A stretch of 64,000 bases of DNA from an uncultured delta proteobacterium (lineage in GTDB: Bacteria > Desulfobacterota > Desulfuromonadia > Desulfuromonadales > JACZKF01). The translations under genes were made by a program, and so were the position numbers. Below are positions 9,420-22,691 of the stretch, in pieces. The stretch is from the NCBI GenBank assembly GCA_963816395.1, contig CAWFKQ010000004.1, positions 99,917-163,916 of the forward strand, read 5' to 3'. The notes beneath the pieces are model-generated. The model was not told the DNA's origin. It saw only the letters and a list, made by a program, of their open reading frames with translations, and did no database searches. Every line of letters starts with the position of its first letter. Position 1 is the stretch's first letter.

Positions 9420-12400
9420 ATGAAGAGATTCCCCGGGATTCTGGCTCTCGGTTCCCTGACCCTGGTCCTGAGCGCCTGTGGCGGTGGTGGTGGCAGCGGC
9501 GGCACCCCCGGGGATGGGCAAATTGTTCTATCCGGTGTAATCGAAGACGGACCGGTAGCCGGTGCCCGGGTCTTCCTTCAGGACCCGCAGAGCGGGGAGA
9601 CCGCCCGGATCTGCGGGGCGAGCGGCATCGGCCGGTGCGAGACGGTGAGCGCCGCCGACGGAGCCTTTTCCTTCCAGCTGCGGCCCGGCGCCCTTCTCGA
9701 CGGCCTGGAGGTGGTCACCGTCGGCGGCATGGACGGTGAAACCGGCGTCGAGTTCGCCGGCATCCGGATGCTGGCGCCGGTGGAGCTCTTCCGCGGCCGG
9801 GAGGAGCAGCTGACGGTTTCTCCCCTGACCTCCCTGCTTGCCGCCCGGCAGCGCCTTCCCGGCAACTCCCCCGCCCTCGCCCTGGAACAGCTCCGTCGCT
9901 GGCTCGATTTCGGGCCGGCTGTCGATCTGACCGCCTCTCCCGCCGCCGATGCCGAACTGCTGCGCCGCAGTCTTCTGCTCACCGGCCTTGCCCTGGAACT
10001 GGCGAGGGGGGGCGAGAGCGATCCCTTTGCCGCCATCGCCAGCCGACTGAATCCTGATCTCCCCCTGTTGCCCGGTGCCGGCGGGCTGACTGAGCTCGGC
10101 CTTGACACGGCGGCGGGCGCCCGGATAACGGAACTCGTCGCGGCCCTGCGGGATGGTGCCGGAAGCTTGCCGACCATTTTCCGCAAGACCCTGATCGTCC
10201 AAGGCCTGCAGGAGATCTCCGGTCGGCTGCTGGCGGACGAAGCCGGTTTCAATCCGGCCGATCCGCAATATCTCGCCAATCTCGACCTGCTGGCGGAGAA
10301 GATTATCCAGGCGGCCGGCCCGACGGTGATTTCCCCTGGGGAGCGGCGTCACCCCGCAGCGGATCGCCCGTTACGTCCTGTTCACCTACGGTTTGACCTC
10401 CTTCGCCGATTTCACCGTGGAGCCGGCCGCCTTCGCCGCCGCCCTGGTGCATCCGGACACCGGGCAGCCTCTGGAGCAGGACCCGCAGATCGCCGAACTG
10501 GCCGCCGTGAAGTCTTTGTACAGCGCCGCCGTCCCCCTGCTCGACGACGAGATTCCCGGCGACGACAATGGCCGGCGCCTGGCCTATTTCTACAATTCGG
10601 ACCTTTCCCCCTTTTACTTTGCCGAGAAGGTGAGCGGGGAGATTCTCGATGACCAGTTCAGCGACTCGGTCATGCTGGCGATCGCCGCCGGCAAGGCCGA
10701 GGCCGGCCTGCTCGCCGAGGCCGAGGCGATCGTCGACACCCAGATCTACCAGGCGCAAGCCCAGGGCGACGGCTACTACAGCCTGGCCGGTGCGCTGATC
10801 GGCTTCGGCCGTTTTCCCGAGGCGATCGCCGCCCTGAAAAAAGCCGAAGGCCGCTACCGGAAGGTGCTGGAGACCAAGGGGTTTGCCAGCATCGGCTCCG
10901 GCGATGCAATCAACCTGCAGCGGGTCGGCTCCGGCTACCGGCGGGCCGGGGACCTGGCCGCCTCCCGGGCGGTGACCGACTACCTCGCCGGCCTGGTGCC
11001 CTACCTGACCACGCCCAACGAGTACGGCAGCATCATTGTCGGCACCTGGCAGGTGGCCGACGAATACCTTGCCGCGGGGCGCTCCGATCTGGCCGCGCCC
11101 CTGGTCGACTTCATGTACGATTTCGCCCTGCAGACGCCGCCGAACGTCTCCGGCGGAACTTATTACTTCAAGGCGAAAATTCTCTACCTGGTGGAGACCG
11201 CCAAACGCTATGCGGCCTTGGACAATCCGCAGATGGTCGCCGAGATCTACCAGCAGATCCAGGCGATCCGCGCCAGCGACGGCTATCAGAACCTGACCGC
11301 CGGCAAGACCTGGTCCTACATGGTGGATACTATCGAACTGCTGTACCGGCTCGGTTGGACCGACGAGGCGTACGCCCTGGCCGGCGAGATGCCCGACGCT
11401 TACGTCATCAAGGCCTTCAAGCTGGTGGCGACCTACGAGGCGGTGCAAAATGGCATGACGAGCGCTCTGGCGGTCATCGAGGCGCACATACCGCTGGTCG
11501 CCGACAAGATCGAGGCGCTGACCTACTTCGCCAACAACACCAGCCGGGAGTACATCGCCCTGGCCCTGATCAACCGGGATCTGCTCGACGGCGCCCGGCA
11601 GGCGCTGGCGGAGGCGAGGCGGCAGATGGCCTATCTCACCCCGGCCACCGACGCCGATCGCTACCAGCAGATGATCCGTCAGGGCTATGTGAAGATCGCC
11701 GGCCTGTATGCCCTGACCGGCGATCCGGCAACCGCCGCAGCGCTGCTGCGGGAGGCGGAAACGGCCCTGGCCGCCATGAGCGGCCTCACCTCACGGGTGG
11801 AGGGGCTGACCGATATCGCCCTCGGCTACCACGGCCTCGGGAACGACGCCTACGCCGGGGAGCTGCTGGACCGGGCCGGAGCGGAGATTGCCGGGATGCT
11901 GGCCGCCACCGCGCCGCCGGCCGACCCGGCGGCAGCGGGGTCCTTCTACCTGGATGTCGCCAAAAGCTACGAGCTCCTCATCGATACCTGCCTGGACAGC
12001 GGTCTCCGGCAGCAGGCAATGGCCTACGTCGATCCCTATACGGCGGTTATCCGGCTGATTTTCGCACCGGCTGCCGGTTATGCCGGCGACGACCACGACA
12101 AATTTGCCGGCCTGGAGACGGACCAGATGCTCAAAGCCGCCGGTTTTCTGCTGACCGCCGGCGATCCCGCGGGCGCCGCCGCCCTCCTGGGGGAGGCGGA
12201 AGAAACCGCCGGCCGGATCTGGGTGGAGGCGACCCGGACTCGGGAAATTAATTGATGCCCGTGAAAGATGACATTATCGGCAGCTATGCGGCGGCCGGCC
12301 GGTTCGATCGGGCATTGGCCCTGGCGCGCTCCCTGCGGTATGCCGCCGACCGTAACCTGGCCTTTCAGACGATCGCCACCACCTATGCCGGGCGGGACGA

Positions 12401-12587
12401 TTTCCCCGATAGCTGGGTGGCCAGCATCGACAGCGACCATGACGGCCAGCCGGATTTCTTCAATCCTCTGGCCACGGCTGCCGACATTGGCGCTTCCGGG
12501 CTGGTGCTTGATGCCGACAGCGACAATGACGGCATTGCCGATCCGGCCGACCGCCGGCCTCTGCTGGCCGATCATTCGGCCCTGTAG
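9420..12587 (+). CDS. Large (~1050 aa) lipoprotein with helical TPR-like body and C-terminal Ca-binding DxDxDG motifs (two indels)
   Basis: Signal peptide and lipobox LSAC-GGGGGSGG; ORFs 9402-10652, 10393-12255 and 12252-12587 join; ends DSDHDGQPD...DSDNDGIAD (thrombospondin type 3-like). Confidence 0.7.
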
Positions 12588-12597
12588 GCCGCTGCCG

Positions 12598-15034
12598 ATG
12601 CTCATCCGACAGTCAGCAGTCTTCGCCTGCCTGGCCGTTCTGCGCCTCGCCGTCTGCCTGCCGGCGCCGGCGCTGGCGGCGGACGGCGCCGGAGAGATTC
12701 CGATTCTGCCGCCGGTGACGGTCGTCGGCACCCTGGACAACCCGGCCACCGGCCGGTCGGTAATGGACCGGAAAATGATCGAGAAGCTGCCGGCCGGCAA
12801 CGGCAGCATCAATGAACTCCTCCGCCTCTTTCCCGACGTCCAGGTGGGGGAGGAGACCCGCGCCAGCAAACGGGCCGGCGAGATCCTGCCGCCGGCGATA
12901 TCCATCGCCGGCGGTAAGACCTTCGACAACACCTTCGAGATCGATGGCCTTGGCAACAGCAATTTTCTCGACCCCGCCGCCGACAATCCTTTCGACCTCA
13001 ACAGCGTCCCCGCCCAGGCGCAGACCCTCTTTCCAGAAGCCGACCTGATCGATCGGATCACCCTCTACGACAGCAACATCCCGGCCCGCTACAGCGGCTT
13101 TACCGGCGGCGTCATCGATCTGGAGACGCGCGATCCCCGCCCCGATTTCGGCGGATCCCTGTTTTACCGCACCACCCGCGACGACTGGACCTCCTTTCAT
13201 CTCGCGGCCGGCGAGGAGGCGCCGGAATTCGCCAAGAACCATGCCGGGATCAGCCTCGATCTCCCCCTCTCCAGTCATCTGGGGGTGCTCGCCAGTTACC
13301 AGCAGCTCCTCTCCCGTCTCCCCCAGCGGCACCTGGGCGACGCCGAGACGGAGGAGCGGCGGCTGGAGAACTACTTTGCCAAGGCGGTTCTCGAGCATCC
13401 GGAGAGCCGCGCGGAGATCTCGTTTCTTGCCACTCCCTACCGCTCCGAAAACTTCCTGCCGGATATCCGCAACAGCTCTTTTCGCCTGCGCGGGGGGGGG
13501 TACAAGGCGCAGGCCGGCCTCGACCGTTTCCTTCCTGCCGGCACCCTGCGGCTGCTGGGCGGCTACGGCTGGAGCAGCAACCGCCGGCAGGCCCCGCAGG
13601 AGCTGCGGCAAATGGGCGACCACCGACAGCCACGACTGGGGGCGGCTGACCGGTTCGGACGTCAGCTATGAGGGGGGCTTGGGCGATCTGGAGCAGACGC
13701 AGCAGACCGTGCAGCTGCGGTCGGCGCTGGTCCTGGAGCCGCTGCGCAGCGGTCCGCTGGCGCACGAAATCGAGGCCGGCCTGGAGTTTGCGTGGGTGGA
13801 GGGAACATTTGATCGGCCCAGGGCCCTCTATGCCTATCTCGGCGCCCGTATCGATCCCGACGTCGTCTGCGGGGGGGATACCGTCGCCTGCGTCGACGAG
13901 GAGCAGTACTTCTCCCAACGGCGGATCTGGGATGCGGGTTCGGTCTCGGCGCGGATGCAGCAGTACGACCTGTTCCTGGAGGACCGGCTGAGCGCCGGCC
14001 GCCTGACCCTGCGACCGGGGATTCGCCTCGCCTATGACGATTTCATGCAGAATCTGAACCTGGCGCCGCGCCTTGCCGCGACCTATGACCTGGCCGGCAA
14101 CGGCCGGACCCTGCTGATCGGCGGCTGGAACCGCTATTACGGCCGGACGCTGCTCACCTACAAACTGCGCGAGGCGCAAAGCCCCTTCCGCAGCGAGACC
14201 CGCAGCACCGCCGGGCCCATCCCACCTGCTGCAGGAGTGGCAGCCGGCCAAGGAGAGCGGCACCAGCGTCACCCGCTTCTCCCGCCTGGATACCCCCTAT
14301 GCCGACGAGTGGACGGCGGGGATCGACCAGGCGCTTTTCGGCGGCAGGCTCAGCCTCAAGTACGTCCGGCGCGAGGGGTAGAGACGAATTCGCCCGGCGC
14401 TATGGCGACCGGCAGCCCGACGGTCTGCGCTATTACACCCTGACCAACGACGGCCGCAGCCGGCACCAGAGCGCCCGGCTCACCTGGGAAAGGCGCTGGC
14501 CGCGGCAGATGCTGTCCCTGAACGTCACCTGGCAGGAAAGCACGGTCAGCAACGAAAGCTACGATGAGATCCTCGCCGCCGATGAAGCGGACGACCGGAT
14601 CTGGTATCAAGGGAGGATCATCTCCCTGACCGAGCTGCCCCGGCAGGATTTCAACCGCCCGTGGACCGCCAACTTTTCGTGGCTCGGGCGGCTGCCCTAC
14701 GGCTTCACCTTCACCAATGTCACCCGCTACCGCAGCGGCTTCCAGGCGATCGTCAATACCCGGCAGGTGCGGGAGGTCCCCGCCGGCCAAGGGCAACTCG
14801 ACCCGCTTACCGGAGAGCCTGTTTTCGAGGCGCTGAGCGTCTATGACAAAAAGGGACATCGCCGCCGGGATCGTCTTCGATTGGGTGCTCTCCTGGCAGA
14901 GCCCGGGGAAATCCGGCCTGCTCCTCAGCCTGGAGATCGACAACGTCTTCAACCGCCGGCTGGAGACCGTCGGCGCGGCCAGCGAGTACGAGGTGGGGAG
15001 GCAGTTCTGGGCGGGAGGGGAATGGCGGTTCTGA
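12598..15034 (+). CDS. TonB-dependent receptor, FusA/YddB-like (several indels)
   Basis: Signal peptide, TonB box (PVTVVG), plug GNGSINELLR...GEILPPAISIAGG...IDGL, NIPARYSGFTGGVI, NLAPRL, C-terminal IDNVFN...GRQFWAGGEWRF. Confidence 0.85.
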
Positions 15035-15042
15035 AGGGCGGC

Positions 15043-15114
15043 GAGGTAGTCAGTAGTGAGGTAGTAAAATCTTTTAAAAACAGAGAGATCATCGCTGAGT
15101 CTCACTATCTCACT
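15043..15114. repeat. Octamer-based imperfect inverted repeat (GTAGTGAG / CTCACTAT), copy A
   Basis: gtagtcagtagtgaggtagt ... tctcactatctcact between convergent gene ends. Confidence 0.6.
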
Positions 15115-17276
15115 GGAACGTCACCGCGCCTGGCAGCTCGGCATCGCTGTAGCCGTTGAAGGCCCGCAGGGTATAGCTGCCGGGCAAGGACTGGGGCGGA
15201 AGGGTGATCGACAGCCGATCGGTGCTTTCCACTTTCAGTTCGGTCGGTTCGAACGGCAGGGGCAGGGCCAGCAGCCCCTCCTCTCCGTTGGCGAAAATGA
15301 CCTGGTTGCCCTCGAGGACGATCTGTCGCGACGGCGCCGAGATGCCGAGGGTGGCCAGGATCTGCGGGTTTTCCGGCTCGCCGAGATCGACCAGGTACAG
15401 GCCCCGGCGGAAATCGGCGACGTAGGCCCGGCGACCGATCACCGTCACCCCATGGGCAAAACCGCCCGCCGGCAGCTGCAGGTCACCGACCAGGCGGGGC
15501 CGTTGCGGAGCGGCGATATCGAAGACCAGAAGCCCGTTGCGGCCGTCGGCAACCAGGGCCAGGTGGCCGCTGACGACGATCTTTTCCGCCGCCGAGAATG
15601 CCTGCAGATGCCAGGGCAGGTCCACCGAGCCAAGCAGGTGCGGTGTCTCCGGTGGCTCCGGGTCAATGACGTGCAGGCTGCCCCGGGCGTCGCCGACCAG
15701 GATCAGCCGGCCGTCGATCGTCACCGACCTTCCTTCGGCCGGCAGGGGGAGACAGCCGGCCGGCCGGGGCCGGCCGGGCTCGGTGAGGTCGAACCGGCAC
15801 AGCCCTTCATTCCCTACCGCCCACAGGTTGCTGCCGGCAACCGCCAGTTGCTGGGGGGAATGCATGGTTTTCACGGTAGCGGTAATCTGCGGCTGCCGCG
15901 GGTCGCCGATATCAACCGCCTGGATGAAGCGATGTACTTCCCCCTCAGCTTTTCTGCTCCCCTCCTCGATAACATAAAGGAAATTCCCCGCCGGCAGGAC
16001 GCTTCTGGCCGAGCCCGGCAGCGGTAACGAGCTGATGAGGCGCGGCCGGAAGGGATCGCGGGTGTTGAGCACCAGCACTCCCCTGGCACCGGCCGCCAGG
16101 TAGGCACGCGCCCCTGCCGCGACAAAATCGGCGATGCAGGCGCGAGCCGTGAAAAACGGCGGACGGCGAATGGCTTTCTGGCGCAGATCGACCGCCTGCA
16201 GACCCTTGCGCCCCATGGCCACCAGCGCCCTGTCGCCGGTCACCGCCACGGATTGGGCCAGGCCGGGCAGTTCATAGGCGCCGTCAAAACGGGGCCGGCG
16301 GGGATCGGCAAGGTCGACCACCTGCAGGCCGGAAACGTTGTCCGCCAGGTAGGCGTGGTCGCCGGCCAGGGCGATCGCCCTGGCCGTTCCGGGGGTATCG
16401 ATGGTTTCAAGCAGCGCGGGGGCTACGGGATTGCTGACGTCGACCGCCGCCAGGCCGGCTGACCCGGCGGCGAGGTAAACCATTCCGTCGCGTGCCGCCA
16501 CTCCAAAAACCGGTTGCACCGTCTGCAGGGAACCGATGACCCGTGGTCGCTGCGGGTCATGCAGGTCGACGACCTGCAGCCCCCTTTCGGCGGCGGCCAG
16601 GTAGGCGGTCTCTCCATTGACCGCCAGGGCGAAAGGATGCCCCGGGACCGGCAGGGTGGCGAGCAGCCGGGGGTGGGCGGGATTGGCGATATCGACCACC
16701 TGCAGGCCGAGCCGGCTGTTGGCAACATAGGCCCGGTTGCCGGCCAGCACCACATCCAGGGCCAGCCCCCCGAGCTCGGCGCCGCCCAGCAGGCGTAAGT
16801 TGGCGGGATCGGCGATGTCCAGCACCTGAATCCCCCCCTCCTTGGCGGCTACATAGGCGTAGCGGCCGTTCAGGGCGATCTTCCAGGCCTTCCCCGGAAT
16901 TTTCAGGGTGCCGATCTGGCGGGGTCGCTCCGGGTCGGAAAAATCGATGACCTGCACCCCCCGGTAATTGTTCGCCAGGTAGACCAGCTGGCCGGCGGCG
17001 ACGGCGCTTTCCAAGACGCTCAAGGTCGCGAGGGGAGGAAACAGCGCCCGCCGGTTGCCGGTATCGAGGATCAGCACCAGGCGGGTGTCGCGGTCGAAGC
17101 CGGAGCCGCGCACCGTCGCCCGCAGGCTGCGGCCGAGGCTGCAGCGGTCGGGAGTGATGGTCTGCAGGGCCAGTTCCGGCCGGGGCGGAGGGCGATCGGG
17201 AAAACGTCGGCAAGATCAGGAACAGGAGGCCGGCGATGCCGGTAAGCAGGAGCAGCAATGCCACGGGCCTGGTCAT
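15110..17276 (-). CDS. LVIVD-repeat (beta-propeller) membrane-anchored protein (one indel near the N-terminus)
   Basis: About a dozen repeats of the form AYVA...GLQVVDIANPAHPRLL; hydrophobic N-terminus MTRPVALLLLLTGIAGLLFLIL at 17276. Confidence 0.85.
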
Positions 17277-17280
17277 CGGG

Positions 17281-19716
<2,436 letters not shown>

Positions 19717-19834
19717 GACCCCTTCCCGGCTGATTGCACTCACATGACAGAGCCGCGGCGGCCGAAGGGGCCGGCGCGGCAGCATGGTTCAGAAATTAAC
19801 AGAAGGCGGGGGATTTGGGAAGGGCTTTTCGCGG

Positions 19835-19910
19835 CAGCGAGATAATGAGATAGCGAGGTAGTGAGATAGAAGAACCTGAATTTACTATCTCGCTACCTCG
19901 CTATCTCACT
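19835..19910. repeat. Octamer-based inverted repeat, copy B (overlaps the treY stop)
   Basis: gagataatgagatagcgaggtagtgagatag ... ctatctcgctacctcgctatctcact. Confidence 0.75.
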
Positions 19911-22691
19911 GTTTTCGAGCAATGCCACCGGGAACTGCCGCAACAGGTCGGCGATGGGCAGTCGGCTACCGGGCGGCAGCCGGGCATCGGTGAAGACCTC
20001 CCGCCAGGGGCCGCTCTCCTCCGGCAGGAGCAGGGCGGTATCCTCCCATACCTCCTCCCCCAGGGGGAAGCTTCCCGTCTCCAGCTGGCCGGTCAGCAGG
20101 CGCGGGACGACGGTGATCGCCCAGGCGCCGGCCTGCCGGCGGGCGAAGGCGACCAGGTGGTCGGCGAATTTTCCCTCCACGCTCAGCGGCAGGTAGTCCC
20201 CATCGCGGAACAGCTCGGGCTGCCGGCGGCGGACTTCCAGTGCCCGCCAGATGAGAAAGAGCTTGATCCGGCCGTCCTCCGGCTGCGCCAGCAACTCGGC
20301 AAGCAATGCGGGCAGATCCTCTTCCGCCCGCTCCCGCAGCGTCGTCAGCAGCTGCCGCCGCCGGCGGTAGTCGACCGGCCGCCGGTTGTCGGGATCGACC
20401 AGGGAGAAGTCCCACAGCTCGGTTCCCTGGTAGAAGTCGGGGACGCCCGGGGTAGTGATCTTGAGCAGGGTCTGGCCGAGGCTGTTGAGCACGCCGAAGT
20501 GGGCGATCCGGCGCTGGAAGGGGAGAAATTCGGTCAGGAAGGCATTGTCTTTTCCCGGCGCCAGGATCCGGGTGACGAAATCGAGATAGGTCTGCTCGTA
20601 ATCCTGATCCGGTTTGATCCAGGCCGTGTAAACCTTGGCCTCGCGCACCGCCTTCACCACGTAGTCGCACAGGCGCCCCAGGTAGTGCTTGCGGTCGAAG
20701 CGGCCGTTGGGCCAGGTGCCGAGCAGTGTCTGGTAGAGAAAATACTCGTCATTGGCCGCCGGCACTTTCTTGCGCCCGATCCGCCCCTTGCAGCCGCGGT
20801 TGAGACGGCTCCAGCTCTTGAGCTGCCGACCCCATTCCTGGGGAATTTCAGAAAGGACGTGCAGGCGCGCCCGCATGTCCTCCCCCCGCTTGTGATCGTG
20901 CGTGGCGGTGGCGGAGAGGGCGTGCGGCCATTCCTCCTGCCGCCGCTGGCAGTAGCCGTGAAACTCCTCCGGGGTGAAGCCGAACCGCTCGGGGGCGCCG
21001 CCGACCTCGTTGAGGGAAATAAGCCGATTGTAGACGTAGAGCAGGGTGTCCTCGAACCCCTTGGCCATCAACGGCCCGGTGAACTGCTGCAGGCGCATGA
21101 GAAAGTGCAGCCACTGCCGCTTCTCCTCCTCCGGCAGGAAATCGTCGATCTCCAGCAGCAGGATCTTCTGCAGGTAGTGGAATTCATTGGTCAGTCCGGG
21201 GTTTCTCTCGAGCGCCCAGTGGATGGCCTGGCGGATGTACCGGCGGTCGATCTCCCGTTCGCCGGCGGGGTGAAAATAGGTGCGGTAGACCGGAAAGACG
21301 GCCATGAACTCGATCAGGGAGCGGCGCAGGCTGTACATGGTGATGTCGCTGCCGTAGCGATGGTGGCTGGCGATGTCTTTGAGCAGAAAGGCCAGGTTGT
21401 TGATGTCCCCCATCATGTGCCGCTCGAGGATCAGTTTTTTCTTTTCATAGACGAGGTCGGCGTATTCCTCATCCATGCCGGTGAAACCGGCGTAGAGGCG
21501 GCTGAACGCTTTCAGGCTGGCCTGCCGGCAGAAAACACCCCCCACCCGGTTCATGAACTCATAGCCGGTGGTTCCCTGCACCGGCCACTGCGGCAGCGGC
21601 TCGCCCGGGTCGATGATCTTTTCCACCACCAGGTACAGGTCGCCTACTTCCGCCCGCAGCCGCTCCAGGTAGCGGGCCGGATCGCACAGACCGTCGACAT
21701 GGTCGACGCGCAGGCCGGTGAAGTGCCCCTCGGCGGCCAGGCGGAAAATCAACTGGTGGGTTTCGGTGAAAACTTCCGCCCGCTCCGCCTGCAGGGAGAT
21801 CAGGTCATTGATGCTGAAGAAGCGGCGGTAGTTGATCTCCTCGGTGGCCACTTTCCAGAAAGAGAGTCGGAAGTTCTGCTCATTGAGCAGGTGGTCGAGA
21901 GGGGTGAAACTTTCCTGCTCTCCCGGCTGGCCGTTGTAGAGGGCGACGGTGCCATCGACGGTCCGGCGGATACCGCTGTTCTTCCGGTAGAGGTTCCACA
22001 GGGTTTCCTTGATGAAGCGGATCTGGTTGTAGCGGTCGAGATCCCCCGCCCCGGTGCGCAGCGTCTCCAGGACATAGAGGACGCCCAGCAGCTGAATGTA
22101 ATCGGGGTTCTCCTCCCCCAGCCGGGTGCGCAGGGACTCCAGGGTCGGGGTGAGCAGCCGCCGGTACGACTCGATTTTCAGGGCGAACCGCAGGTCGTAA
22201 TAGCTGATGGCGAAGCCGTCCCGATCGTAGGAGAGGCGCAGCTGACCGGTTTCCAGCGCCTCGCCGTAGAAACTGCCGAGAAACGGCGCCAGCACGCGCC
22301 CCTGCAGGACGTCGTAAAAGTGGTCCCAGATGATGTCGAAAAAGTGATAATGGCGGCTGCTGGCGCCGTTTTCCAGCAGGTCGACCAGGTACGGATTGGC
22401 CTTATCGAAGGCCATGTGGTTGGGAACGATATCCTGCAGCCAGCCCATCCCCCGTCCCTGCACCTCCGCCGACAGCCGGGCGAACTCTTCCGGGGTGCCC
22501 AGCTCGGGGTTGAGGGCGTTGGGATCGACCTGGTCGTAACCGTGGGTGCTGCCGGGCCGGGCGGCGAAAATCGGCGAGGCATAAAGATCGGAGATCCCCA
22601 GCGCCTGCAGGTAGTCGAGAATTTCCAGGGCCCGGGCAAAGCCGAAGTCGGCGGTGAATTGCAGGCGATAGGTGGCGGTGGGGATACGCAT
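19893..22691 (-). CDS. treY: Malto-oligosyltrehalose synthase (GH13)
   Basis: IPTATYRLQ, STHGYD, DIVPNHM, INYRRFF, GLRVDHVDGL, THDHKRGED, PGVPDFYQG, SLVDPDNRRPVDY. Confidence 0.96.
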   Translation of the reverse strand: MRIPTATYRLQFTADFGFARALEILDYLQALGISDLYASPIFAARPGSTHGYDQVDPNALNPELGTPEEFARLSAEVQGRGMGWLQDIVPNHMAFDKANPYLVDLLENGASSRHYHFFDIIWDHFYDVLQGRVLAPFLGSFYGEALETGQLRLSYDRDGFAISYYDLRFALKIESYRRLLTPTLESLRTRLGEENPDYIQLLGVLYVLETLRTGAGDLDRYNQIRFIKETLWNLYRKNSGIRRTVDGTVALYNGQPGEQESFTPLDHLLNEQNFRLSFWKVATEEINYRRFFSINDLISLQAERAEVFTETHQLIFRLAAEGHFTGLRVDHVDGLCDPARYLERLRAEVGDLYLVVEKIIDPGEPLPQWPVQGTTGYEFMNRVGGVFCRQASLKAFSRLYAGFTGMDEEYADLVYEKKKLILERHMMGDINNLAFLLKDIASHHRYGSDITMYSLRRSLIEFMAVFPVYRTYFHPAGEREIDRRYIRQAIHWALERNPGLTNEFHYLQKILLLEIDDFLPEEEKRQWLHFLMRLQQFTGPLMAKGFEDTLLYVYNRLISLNEVGGAPERFGFTPEEFHGYCQRRQEEWPHALSATATHDHKRGEDMRARLHVLSEIPQEWGRQLKSWSRLNRGCKGRIGRKKVPAANDEYFLYQTLLGTWPNGRFDRKHYLGRLCDYVVKAVREAKVYTAWIKPDQDYEQTYLDFVTRILAPGKDNAFLTEFLPFQRRIAHFGVLNSLGQTLLKITTPGVPDFYQGTELWDFSLVDPDNRRPVDYRRRRQLLTTLRERAEEDLPALLAELLAQPEDGRIKLFLIWRALEVRRRQPELFRDGDYLPLSVEGKFADHLVAFARRQAGAWAITVVPRLLTGQLETGSFPLGEEVWEDTALLLPEESGPWREVFTDARLPPGSRLPIADLLRQFPVALLENSEIAR

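Noticed and set aside
13492..13500. G9 tract in the TonB-dependent receptor (also A8 at 391-398 in hsdS and C8 at 4361-4368) as phase-variation switches
   Set aside because: The tracts are short, the coding ones are in frame, and homopolymer lengths are unreliable in this sequence.
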